Shown: piece after piece, positions 1 to 7,365 of the stretch
How positions within the stretch are numbered: position 1 is the stretch's first letter
Layout of the letters: every line of letters begins with the position of its first letter
Origin: an uncultured virus (IMG/VR IMGVR_UViG_3300046507_000662)
Taxonomy: Duplodnaviria > Heunggongvirae > Uroviricota > Caudoviricetes
Direction: 5' to 3' (one strand)
IMG/VR virus record: IMGVR_UViG_3300046507_000662
Length of the DNA stretch: 35,576 nt
The notes under the pieces: model-generated
What the model saw: only the letters and a program-made list of their open reading frames with translations
Database searches by the model: none
Told to the model about the DNA's origin: nothing
Translations under genes and position numbers: made by a program

Positions 1-350
1 TCGCCCATGGTGACGGCGGTGACCTTGTCGCCGTTCGGGCCGTGGAAGTGGAACGCGATCCGCATCAGCACCGCATTCTGCCTGCCCCGCACCTCCGTCT
101 TGAAGTCAAGGACCTCCGGGGTCATGACGACACCGTGGTCCCGCAGCGGCTGCGCCAGGGCGCCGATCGCGTCGTCCACGCCCCGGAACCTGTAGTTCTG
201 CGACTCGTTCGTCCCGTTCTTGCCGATGTTGCGGACGTCCCGCATCACACGGGCCATCAGCTCGTAGACGTTCGGGGCGTCCTGGTTTTGGGTGTGCTGG
301 GTGGGGCCCTCCGCCGTCGTGCTGGCGGGGGCCTCGGTGGCCGTGGCCAT
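1..350 (-). CDS. erf: ERF-family ssDNA-annealing protein (N-terminal part; runs off the window edge)
   Basis: Not in the ORF track. Manual translation from ATG at 350 (RBS AGGAG): MATATEAP...VYELMARVMRDVRNIGKNGTNESQNYRFRGVDDAIGALAQPLRDHGVVMTPEVL...FHFHGPNGDKVTAVTMGE, an ERF-like N-terminus. Confidence 0.8.
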   Translation of the reverse strand, partial: MATATEAPASTTAEGPTQHTQNQDAPNVYELMARVMRDVRNIGKNGTNESQNYRFRGVDDAIGALAQPLRDHGVVMTPEVLDFKTEVRGRQNAVLMRIAFHFHGPNGDKVTAVTMG

Positions 351-376
351 GAGGTCTCCTTGTGATGCGTGATGTG

Positions 377-420
377 GCGGCCGGCCCGGGGAAGTGGTCC
401 TTTCGGCCCGGGCCGGCCGC
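377..420. terminator. 14-bp perfect GC stem-loop between genes
   Basis: GCGGCCGGCCCGGG (377-390) / CCCGGGCCGGCCGC (407-420). Confidence 0.55.
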
Positions 421-427
421 GCGGCCG

Positions 428-1027
428 CTACTCGGCGGCCGCCTCAGTTCCTTCGGCCGGGGCCGGGTACTTGCGGGCGATCCACTGCACCGCGATCTGC
501 CGGGCGTTCAGCTTGTAGCCCCGCCCGGTCGGCCAGTCCTTCTCCGCGACCATCCGGTCCGCCGCAGCCTCCACCTCGGCCACCTTCGCCTTCGGAGCCC
601 GCACATTCAGGACCGACTTCGCCTGACCCGCCCCGTGCGCCGCACGCTGCGGACGCTCCGGCACGAACTCGCCGGACAGGAAGGCCTCCCAGCCCTCCAG
701 GACATCCGCCGTCAAGTTGGCCGACCCCTCATAGGCGCGCAGGTGCAGCGCCGACTCGATCGGGATCGCCACGTTCGGGTCCCCGCCCTGCGAAGACCTT
801 GCCTCGGCCTGGCCGGCCGCGTTCAACGCGTACTCGAGAACGGTCTGCACCGCATCCGCCTGCCGCACAGCGCCACGCGAACGCAGCGACTCGATGGCCA
901 GCTCAACCTGCGGGGCGGCTTCAGTGACGCGGGCGCGCTTGCTCGGGGGCATGGAAACGGCGTGTCCTTCCGGTCGCCGGCGCCGCTCTGTGCGTCCGGG
1001 CGGGCGCCGCGTGTGGGGTGTGGGCAC
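428..1027 (-). CDS. Hypothetical protein, possible ribbon-helix-helix-like DNA-binding regulator
   Basis: GTG at 1027 after GGAGGAG RBS (alternative ATG at 952); C-terminal KSVLNVRAPKAKVAEVEAAA is strand-helix like; first gene of the leftward promoter. Confidence 0.65.
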   Translation of the reverse strand: MPTPHTRRPPGRTERRRRPEGHAVSMPPSKRARVTEAAPQVELAIESLRSRGAVRQADAVQTVLEYALNAAGQAEARSSQGGDPNVAIPIESALHLRAYEGSANLTADVLEGWEAFLSGEFVPERPQRAAHGAGQAKSVLNVRAPKAKVAEVEAAADRMVAEKDWPTGRGYKLNARQIAVQWIARKYPAPAEGTEAAAE

Positions 1028-1100
1028 GCCTAGTCTCCTCCATTTTCTATTGCGCGCACACCGGGGGGTGTGTGCTCCCGGGCCGTTCCCGGTACCCCAG

Positions 1101-1148
1101 ATCATACGCACCCTTGTATTGCGCGCGCAATAGATAGATGGGTAAGGT
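1101..1148. promoter_or_regulatory. Divergent sigma70-type promoters centred on palindrome TATTGCGCGCGCAATA
   Basis: Perfect 16-bp palindrome 1117-1132. Plus strand TTGCGC(1119)-18-TAAGGT(1143); minus strand TTGCGC(1130)-18-TATGAT(1106). Extra half site TATTGCGCGC at 1048-1057. Confidence 0.7.
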
Positions 1149-1179
1149 GGAACCACACCAAGCGAGGGGGACCCCACCA

Positions 1180-1614
1180 ATGCGCATCACCAAGAACCAG
1201 ACGGTCCGCAAGACCCTCGCCGACCTGTACCGCGCTATCGATAACGGCCACGTCGTCACCCTCACGTACACCGGACGGGACGGCGTCACCAAGGTCCGGA
1301 GCGTGGAGCCCTTCGAGATCAGCACCACCAGCGAAGGCGAGATCCGCGTGCACGCCATGTGCCGCCTCGCCTACGCCGATGACCCCACCGACGCAGAGCG
1401 CGCCTTCACGATCGCCCGCGTCCTCTCGTACACGGTCCACCGCATGGCCTTCGTCCTCACCCGCCCCGAGCCCACCACCTACGAGCGCCCCGCCCCGGCC
1501 CCCACCGACGACGCGCAGGCCCTGTTCTTCTACGAGCTGGCCCGCGACACGGACGACGCCGACTACCGTCCTCGGGTACGTCTTACCCAGACCGACACCG
1601 ACCTTGCCGCATAG
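1180..1614 (+). CDS. Stand-alone WYL-domain protein
   Basis: AIDNGHVVTLTYTGRDGVTKVRSVEPFEI...HAMCRL...ERAFTIARV fits the WYL pattern (Y...R.VEP...CxLR...RxFxxxRI); no N-terminal HTH. Confidence 0.8.
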   Translation: MRITKNQTVRKTLADLYRAIDNGHVVTLTYTGRDGVTKVRSVEPFEISTTSEGEIRVHAMCRLAYADDPTDAERAFTIARVLSYTVHRMAFVLTRPEPTTYERPAPAPTDDAQALFFYELARDTDDADYRPRVRLTQTDTDLAA

Positions 1615-1623
1615 GAGGAAGCC

Positions 1624-1833
1624 ATGCGCGCCGTACAGGAACGCATCCCGTCGTACAGCACCAGCATCCCGGACCGCTTCATCTGGCACCGACCCAACGG
1701 TCGACCGGTGGAAGACTTCCAGGCGATCGCATGCAGCACCGAGGAAGGCATCACCCTGCCGGGGCCGTCGCGCGAGATCCCTGCGTCCGACGCCAACTGG
1801 TGCCAGGACTGCAGGATTCCGAAGGCAACCTGA
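1624..1833 (+). CDS. Small hypothetical protein with C-terminal CxxC
   Basis: Strong RBS AGGAGG; WH...IAC...WCQDC. Confidence 0.75.
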   Translation: MRAVQERIPSYSTSIPDRFIWHRPNGRPVEDFQAIACSTEEGITLPGPSREIPASDANWCQDCRIPKAT

Positions 1834-1847
1834 CTACCGATACGACG

Positions 1848-1881
1848 AAGGCCACCGCCCAAACCGGGCAGGTGGCCTTTT
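1848..1881 (+). terminator. Intrinsic terminator
   Basis: AAGGCCACCGCCC-loop-GGGCAGGTGGCCTTTT right after the stop codon. Confidence 0.75.
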
Positions 1882-2220
1882 CACACTGATCGCGCACGCG
1901 CATCGTAACCCGGGAACTCCCCATGCAGGTAGATGCGTTGTGGAACTTTCTGGGGGCGTGCCTGCGGGCCCGGCTGGTGGAGAGCGCGGGCCCGCAGCAG
2001 GGGCGGGAGCGCAAACTGGGGGTACTCGCTGCGACCGCCGTCCGGGCACCGTACGTCCCACAGGCCCCGCGGGGGAACACCCGGGACGTGCGGAATTCCC
2101 CTGGCTGGCGCGCCGGGAGGGGAGCAGGGGCAACGCCGGCCCGCTCCCGTCATACGGTGCTCGTACCGGCCCCGGTCACCACCCCCGGGCACCCGGAAAC
2201 CCCGTCTGACCTGCCACTCT

Positions 2221-2333
2221 GCAAAACTTCGGAGCCCCCCACCCTTCCAGCCGCACACGCGCGGCCCCGCCCCGCACATCCCCACGATCCGCACCCACGG
2301 CGGTCAGGGGCTGAGGTGGCTCCGAAGTTTTAC
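2221..2333. repeat. Inverted repeat (14 bp perfect, 17/19 extended) with about 80-bp spacer
   Basis: AAAACTTCGGAGCC 2223-2236 / GGCTCCGAAGTTTT 2318-2331. Confidence 0.8.
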
Positions 2334-2370
2334 CAAGTAGATCAACAAGGGTTTCGGGCAAGATAAGACC

Positions 2371-3237
2371 ATGGACCCCGTCGACCTGCTCAACGACTGG
2401 CTCGCCACCAGCGCGCTGCGGCCCTCCACCCGTGCCGAGTACGGGCGCGAGATCGGCTACTTCATCGCCTGGTGCGCCCGCCAGACGCCGCCCGTCGACG
2501 TCCTCACCGCAGGCCCCGCCGACATCGCCGCCTGGTCCCACGACCACCACCTGCACACCCTCCTCGACGGGCGACCCTTCGACGGACCCGACGCCCTCGG
2601 CTACCTCGCCGCCACACACCCCGACGCCGCCCGCACCCACGACCGCCGCATCACCGCCCTCACCCAGTACTACGAAGCCGCCAGGAACCGCGGCCACATC
2701 ACCCTGCCCCCCGACCTGTCCGTACTACGCTCCGGCGTCCCCCGCCCCGCCGGCGCAAAAAACCGCCTGGACCCCCGCGAACGCGCCGTCCTCCTCGCCT
2801 GCACCGGCGGCTGGGGACCGCAGCGTTCCAAGCACTACCAGCGCGACCAGCTCATCGTGTACCTCCTCCTCGAAGGCCTGCGCCCCGCCCACGTCGTCCG
2901 CATCGACCGCCGCCACCTCTACCCCCAACCCGACGGCTTCTGGGACATCCGCGCCCCCGACGACCACGAGAACGTCGGCCGCAAGTTCACCCTCGACCCC
3001 CTCACCGGCGCCGCCCTCAAGGCCTACCTCGCCGTACGACCCGAGCCGGTCGAACCCGACGAGCACGCTCTGCTCCTCAACACCCACCGTCGGGCACTCT
3101 CCTCCGGCTGGCTGAACATGCTCATCGGTCAGATCGCCGCCACCCACCCGCTGTTGGCCGACCGCGACCCCGCCATCACCGCCGACGCCGTCGCCCACAC
3201 CGGCCTGTGGGACACGCCAGCGAACGATGCGCAATGA
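2371..3237 (+). CDS. Tyrosine-recombinase-like protein lacking catalytic residues
   Basis: SAM-like N-domain (LRPSTRAEYGREIGYFIAWC...RRITALTQYY) and box I (RDQLIVYLLLEGLRPAHV) present; box II reads TADAVAHT instead of TPHxLRHT and the ORF ends before the catalytic Tyr. Confidence 0.75.
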   Translation: MDPVDLLNDWLATSALRPSTRAEYGREIGYFIAWCARQTPPVDVLTAGPADIAAWSHDHHLHTLLDGRPFDGPDALGYLAATHPDAARTHDRRITALTQYYEAARNRGHITLPPDLSVLRSGVPRPAGAKNRLDPRERAVLLACTGGWGPQRSKHYQRDQLIVYLLLEGLRPAHVVRIDRRHLYPQPDGFWDIRAPDDHENVGRKFTLDPLTGAALKAYLAVRPEPVEPDEHALLLNTHRRALSSGWLNMLIGQIAATHPLLADRDPAITADAVAHTGLWDTPANDAQ

Positions 3238-3270
3238 TCGCCTTCCAGGACGTGGCGAAGGAGACCAGTC

Positions 3271-3465
3271 ATGGTGGGCAAGGGCCGAAAGGTCAGCGGC
3301 GCGGAGCGCGACAAGCTCGCCGCCGATTTGAAGAAGGCGTACGAGAGCGGCGTCTCCATCAGGGCGCTGGCCGAGGGCACCGGGCGGTCGTACGGCTTCG
3401 TCCACGGCATTCTCACCGAGGCCGGCGCTACCCTGCGCAGCCGAGGCGGAGCCACTCGCAGCTAA
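3271..3465 (+). CDS. Small HTH protein resembling the Streptomyces nucleoid-associated protein Gbn (SCO1839 family)
   Basis: RDKLAADLKKAYESGVSIRALAEGTGRSYGFVHGILTEAGATLRSRGG; RBS AAGGAG; family match is from memory. Confidence 0.75.
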   Translation: MVGKGRKVSGAERDKLAADLKKAYESGVSIRALAEGTGRSYGFVHGILTEAGATLRSRGGATRS

Positions 3466-3511
3466 CCCGACGCGTGAGCCAACCAGGCTGGAAGCGGCTC
3501 ATGGCGTGTCG

Positions 3512-4612
3512 TCATGCTCCGCTCCCTGTGAATCGGTCGACGAGGCGGTCGTACACGGCCACGGCGGCCGCCGCGTGCTGCCGGCGCCGCGCGCTGGAGT
3601 CCCGCCGCCGGATGTAGCGCAGCGTCGTCTCCACCGCGGCGTGGTCGGCGTACTCCTGGATCTCCTCAATGGCGGTGCCCGCGTCGTGCATGTGGGTCAG
3701 CTTGGAGGCGCGCAGGACGTGCGGGGTCAGGTCCCGGCCGGACAGCACGCCTGCCTGTTTGCCGAGGCGGGTGAGGAGTCGGTCGATGGCATGCCGGTCC
3801 ATGGGCCGGTCCTGGTCGTCCAGGAGCAGCGGCCCGTCGGTGCGGTCGGTGGTGGCGACGTCGATGAGGTCGCACAGCCGCTCCGGGAGCGGCCAGACGC
3901 GGCCCTTGCCGCCCTTCCTGCGGAGGTCCAACGTGCGTTCCCCGCCCGTCTCTTTGAGGTGGTAGAGCTGCGCGGTGCAGGACTCGGAGACCCGGCCGGC
4001 CAGCGTGTAGAGGAGGACGGGCACGAGGGCCTCGCGCGCGGTGGCGGCGGCGTTGACGACGGCCTGGAACTCGGGGACCTCGAGGATGGGCGTGGCGGTG
4101 GTCTCGTCGCGGGGGTCGACGCGGGGCCGGTCGTGCTTGGTGACCGGGGACGCGATGGCCTGCTTCGTCTTCCACGCCGCGTACTCGGTGAGGGCGGTAA
4201 GAACAGACAGGCGCCGGTTGATGGTGCGCGGGGCCTTGTCCTGCGCCTTCTGCGTCTTGGTCCAGGTCTCGATGATGCCGGGGGTGATGGCGCCAACGAA
4301 GAACCGCTCGTGCCCGCCCAACTCCCGGGCGACGGTGGCCCAGAGGCGGAGGTCGTCGGCGTAGGCCTGCTTCGACTTCACCGCGGGGACGGCTTCGGAG
4401 CCGAGCCAGGAGGTGACGAGGAGGAAGGTGTCGCGGTCCAGGAGCTCGGCGAGCAGCTCGAGCCGGTACCGGCGCTCACCGAGGCGCCGGGTGCGGGGGT
4501 CGCGGGGGGCGACGGTGCCAAGGATGTCGCGGAGCCAGAACAAGGCCTCTTGTGCGGCGCCCGGGCGTTCCAGCTCTGCGCGGGGTCTGGCGGTGACGGT
4601 TTGCTCGGTCAC
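3512..4612 (-). CDS. XerC/D-like tyrosine recombinase (intact catalytic set)
   Basis: R (LAGRVSE), K (RRKGGK), HxxR (TPHVLRAS), H (ADH), Y (TTLRY); GTG start at 4612 overlaps the upstream TGA. Confidence 0.9.
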   Translation of the reverse strand: MTEQTVTARPRAELERPGAAQEALFWLRDILGTVAPRDPRTRRLGERRYRLELLAELLDRDTFLLVTSWLGSEAVPAVKSKQAYADDLRLWATVARELGGHERFFVGAITPGIIETWTKTQKAQDKAPRTINRRLSVLTALTEYAAWKTKQAIASPVTKHDRPRVDPRDETTATPILEVPEFQAVVNAAATAREALVPVLLYTLAGRVSESCTAQLYHLKETGGERTLDLRRKGGKGRVWPLPERLCDLIDVATTDRTDGPLLLDDQDRPMDRHAIDRLLTRLGKQAGVLSGRDLTPHVLRASKLTHMHDAGTAIEEIQEYADHAAVETTLRYIRRRDSSARRRQHAAAAVAVYDRLVDRFTGSGA

Positions 4613-4914
4613 CTCGAAGTGTCCTTCTGGGGAGTGGACGTGCGTGGCGCGAAGACAAGGGTGGCGTGCCACATGTCGTCCGGATCCATCACGCGCTGGA
4701 TGTCCGCGACTTGGTAACGGGTGGATCGGTCCTGCCCCTTGTCCAGGAGGAGGTAGTCGCCTTCCTGGATGAGGACACCGTCGTGTCCCCAGCCGGACAC
4801 GCTGATGCGCTGTCCGCTGTCGAGGACCTTGGTGATGGAGTAGTCGTGGCCCCAGAACCGGCGGCCGGGTCCGAAGTCGTGCGTCTTGGGCTCCTGCTGC
4901 GTTCTCTTCAGCAT
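4609..4914 (-). CDS. Hypothetical protein
   Basis: 101 aa, GC3-biased, translationally coupled to the recombinase; TAGCCT lies 6 nt before the ATG (possibly leaderless). Confidence 0.7.
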   Translation of the reverse strand: MLKRTQQEPKTHDFGPGRRFWGHDYSITKVLDSGQRISVSGWGHDGVLIQEGDYLLLDKGQDRSTRYQVADIQRVMDPDDMWHATLVFAPRTSTPQKDTSR

Positions 4915-5094
4915 GATCCGAGGCTACCCCCCTTGCCCTTAACACACGTTAAGCGCTTCTCCCTACGCGATCCTGCGTCGGCGGCCGGTCGTCGGCCAGC
5001 TCCGCGGCGACCACGTCGTGGCAATCGGTCATGACGTGCGGAGTATCCCTCTTCGGAATATCCATTATCCGGAGCCAGACGGCTTGATCCCCCG

Positions 5095-5376
5095 TCAGTC
5101 CTCCTGCGCCAGCTTCTGGCGTGGGGAGCGGCTGTGTCCGCGGGCGATGCCGCTGACGCGCTCCGGTTTCACGCCGAGAGCGGGCGCCATGTCGGTGTAG
5201 CTGATGCCGTCGCGCTCGTGGAGGGTGCGAACAACGTGCTGACGGCGCTCGCGCAGCGCCTTCTGTAGGTCCGGCATCGCCTTGAGTACGGCGCTGAGTT
5301 GGGCAGCCTGCTCGATGCTCTCGGGTCCATCGAGCAGGGCTTCGAGCTGTCGAATTGCCTCGGGCGTGGGCGTCAT
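5095..5376 (-). CDS. HTH repressor-like protein
   Basis: RRQHVVRTLHERDGISYTDMAPALGVKPERVSGI HTH; leaderless promoter upstream. Confidence 0.8.
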   Translation of the reverse strand: MTPTPEAIRQLEALLDGPESIEQAAQLSAVLKAMPDLQKALRERRQHVVRTLHERDGISYTDMAPALGVKPERVSGIARGHSRSPRQKLAQED

Positions 5377-5382
5377 GGGGTG

Positions 5383-5451
5383 AGCGTAGGGCCGTCACCG
5401 CAAAGAATCAAGTGGGTCCCACTTGACGCTATTGATGGGACCCACTAAATT
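5383..5451. promoter_or_regulatory. Divergent promoters with operator palindrome TCAAGTGGG-T-CCCACTTGA
   Basis: Palindrome 5408-5426, second site TGGGACCCACT 5436-5446. Plus strand TTGACG(5423)-17-TAAATT(5446); minus strand TTGATT(5411)-17-TACGCT(5388)-6-ATG. Confidence 0.8.
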
Positions 5452-5489
5452 GGAGGTATCGAAGGACGCAGAACCCAAAGGAGACGGTC

Positions 5490-6026
5490 ATGGCGCAGCG
5501 GTGGTGGACCCTCGGCAAGCAGGACATGAACGAGACTGCCGGACGGAACGGCCACACCCTCACCTGGAAGCAGATGCCGCGCCCGACCCGCGAGCACGCC
5601 CTGTACTTCGAGGGCACCTGCACCGACTGCGGAGCCACCGTCCAGATCGGATCCGGCTGGTCCTCCTGCCGCACCATCCGCGACGCCCGCAACGAGACCT
5701 GCTCCGGTCCCGGCACCGCCGTCCTCGCCGAAGTCGAGCAGAACCGCGCCGACGAGCTGGTCGGCGACGCGATCGGCGAGTACCTGGAGGCTCTTGCGGA
5801 CGCGGGCATCACCTTCGCCCGCCCGCAGGTCCCGTTCCGTAACCCGCTGACCCCCGGAGACCGCTGCGGGCTGATGAGCCGCGACGGCTACACCTGCACC
5901 CGCCGGCTGAACAAGCGTGGCACCCACAACGGCAACGAGTGGGGCGGCCCCGACGGTCATGTCGGCAGTCGGCCTGGCGACGACTTCACCCGGCCTTTCA
6001 GCGACGACGACCTGCTGATGGCCTGA
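5490..6026 (+). CDS. Hypothetical Cys/His-rich (zinc-binding) protein
   Basis: RBS AAAGGAG; GH...CTDC...C and C...CTR...H motifs. Confidence 0.75.
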   Translation: MAQRWWTLGKQDMNETAGRNGHTLTWKQMPRPTREHALYFEGTCTDCGATVQIGSGWSSCRTIRDARNETCSGPGTAVLAEVEQNRADELVGDAIGEYLEALADAGITFARPQVPFRNPLTPGDRCGLMSRDGYTCTRRLNKRGTHNGNEWGGPDGHVGSRPGDDFTRPFSDDDLLMA

Positions 6027-6063
6027 GAAGGACCCGAAGCAACCCACTAGCAAGGAGATCAAA

Positions 6064-6324
6064 TTGAACGTCAAGACGCGCGAGCAGGCGGCGGCCGAGG
6101 TGCGGTCGATGTCCGCCAAGCTGAGCGATGAAGTGCTGTGCCTCTCCTGGATGGGCACCGAGGGCAAGCCCGTCACCCAGGAAGTCGCCCTCGTGCGGGG
6201 CTGGATCATGGATGAACTGAACGAGCGCCTCGGTGACGACCTGTTCGACGAGTGGCTGATGGCCGTCGACGAGGACGGCAATGGCGTCAACCCGCTGGCT
6301 TTCTTCGAGAGCATGGGCAACTGA
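6064..6324 (+). CDS. Hypothetical protein
   Basis: TTG start after AAGGAG; GC3 bias. Confidence 0.75.
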   Translation: MNVKTREQAAAEVRSMSAKLSDEVLCLSWMGTEGKPVTQEVALVRGWIMDELNERLGDDLFDEWLMAVDEDGNGVNPLAFFESMGN

Positions 6325-6338
6325 CCACCGGACAATGC

Positions 6339-6375
6339 GCGGTGCCCCCGGCTGAGGAAAGCAGCCGGGGCACCG
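6339..6375. repeat. Hairpin repeat, copy 1
   Basis: GCGGTGCCCCCGGCTG-AGGAAAG-CAGCCGGGGCACCG; near identical to 8663-8698. Confidence 0.85.
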
Positions 6376-6391
6376 CCCGCACCGTATCCGA

Positions 6392-6670
6392 ATGGAGAAC
6401 TGCATGGAGTGTGACCGTTGCGACGGGACGGGCCTCGACCCGGACCGGTACACCGAGCAGCAGGAACCTGGCGGGGCCGCCGGGTACAGGACTGAGCCGT
6501 GCGCCGAATGTCAGGACGGATGCTGGTGCGGCCACCCGAAGGACCGGCACTGGAGTGACGCCGCGAACATGACGTTCCCTGATGGCTGTCACGACTGCCC
6601 CGGCTGGGACGGCGCCCACGCCTACGGTCAGGAACTCCCCTGGGCCGCCGACTACGCCACTGAGCAGTGA
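6392..6670 (+). CDS. Small Cys-rich protein (DnaJ-like CxxCxGxG motif)
   Basis: CDRCDGTG...CAECQDGCWCGH...CHDC. Confidence 0.7.
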   Translation: MENCMECDRCDGTGLDPDRYTEQQEPGGAAGYRTEPCAECQDGCWCGHPKDRHWSDAANMTFPDGCHDCPGWDGAHAYGQELPWAADYATEQ

Positions 6671-6682
6671 GGATCACGAACT

Positions 6683-6982
6683 ATGGATGAGACACCCGCC
6701 GTCGACCTTCCGACTCTGGCCGCCGCCCTCGACGGCCTCCACACCCTCATCGCCACCAGTAGCCGCGACTGGCAGACGTACCGCGTCGACGCCTGGATCT
6801 GGGCCGTCCTCTGCGGCTGGGACTGCGAGCAGGCCGAGCACGACGAGACATGCACGCATGGCGCCCTGGAAGAGACAGCCGCAATGCACGGATGGGACGA
6901 CGACACCGTGGCCAAGGCTCGCCGATACCGGGCCGCCATCCGCGCGGTCGTCGAGGCGCAGGAGGATGGGGCGCAGACGTAG
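6683..6982 (+). CDS. Hypothetical protein
   Basis: RBS GAGGA; GC3 bias. Confidence 0.75.
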   Translation: MDETPAVDLPTLAAALDGLHTLIATSSRDWQTYRVDAWIWAVLCGWDCEQAEHDETCTHGALEETAAMHGWDDDTVAKARRYRAAIRAVVEAQEDGAQT

Positions 6983-7020
6983 GCTGCCCCGCCCGCGAGA
7001 GCAAGGCGTAGAATCCGGCT

Positions 7021-7200
7021 AGGCGTTGATCGCCGCAGGACTCCCACCAAATGAAGAGGGGCGACGATAGGGATGGGATGCCGGTCCGGGCCTAAGGGCC
7101 CCTGAACCGGCGAGGCTTCCGCACCACGGCCTGAACGCGGACCCTGTTGCCCCGCCCGCAAGAACCGAAGCCCCGCCATCGTGCGGGGCTTCGGCGTGTT
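7021..7200 (+). ncRNA. Candidate structured small RNA
   Basis: -10 TAGAAT at 7009-7014; nested stems plus a possible pseudoknot; terminator at 7165-7200; no convincing ORF. Confidence 0.4.
7165..7200 (+). terminator. Intrinsic terminator
   Basis: CCGAAGCCCCGC-catcgt-GCGGGGCTTCGG followed by CGTGTTCT. Confidence 0.7.
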
Positions 7201-7289
7201 CTGCGCCGCATGTGAGCTTATCCAAAACCAGAACGGGTGATCTCCGTGCGGCGCGCCCCAACTCCCGTGCCACTAACGTGGATACACGA

Positions 7290-7318
7290 GTGACAGACGT
7301 GCGAGGGTGCGATACCGT
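7290..7318 (+). promoter_or_regulatory. Putative promoter
   Basis: GTGACA-17-TACCGT upstream of the gene at 7366. Confidence 0.4.
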
Positions 7319-7365
7319 CTTCGTTAGAACCTCGTCCATTCTCGTCAGTTACTACGGGAGCCCGC

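Noticed and set aside
1923..2366. 147-aa and other ORFs in the 1.9-2.4 kb gap
   Set aside because: No RBS, lacks the codon bias of neighbouring genes, Pro/Arg/Ala-rich composition
4613..4945. N-terminal extension of the recombinase in the ORF track (477 aa)
   Set aside because: Overlaps the real 4609-4914 gene in another frame; the GTGA-coupled start at 4612 is more plausible
6339..6375. CTGAGGAAAG resembling a hammerhead core (CUGANGA...GAAA)
   Set aside because: No stem II between the motifs and no three-way junction; it is a simple hairpin loop
7021..7160. Assignment to known riboswitches or ribozymes (cobalamin, TPP, SAM-IV, twister)
   Set aside because: Only short coincidental matches; core consensus elements absent by eye
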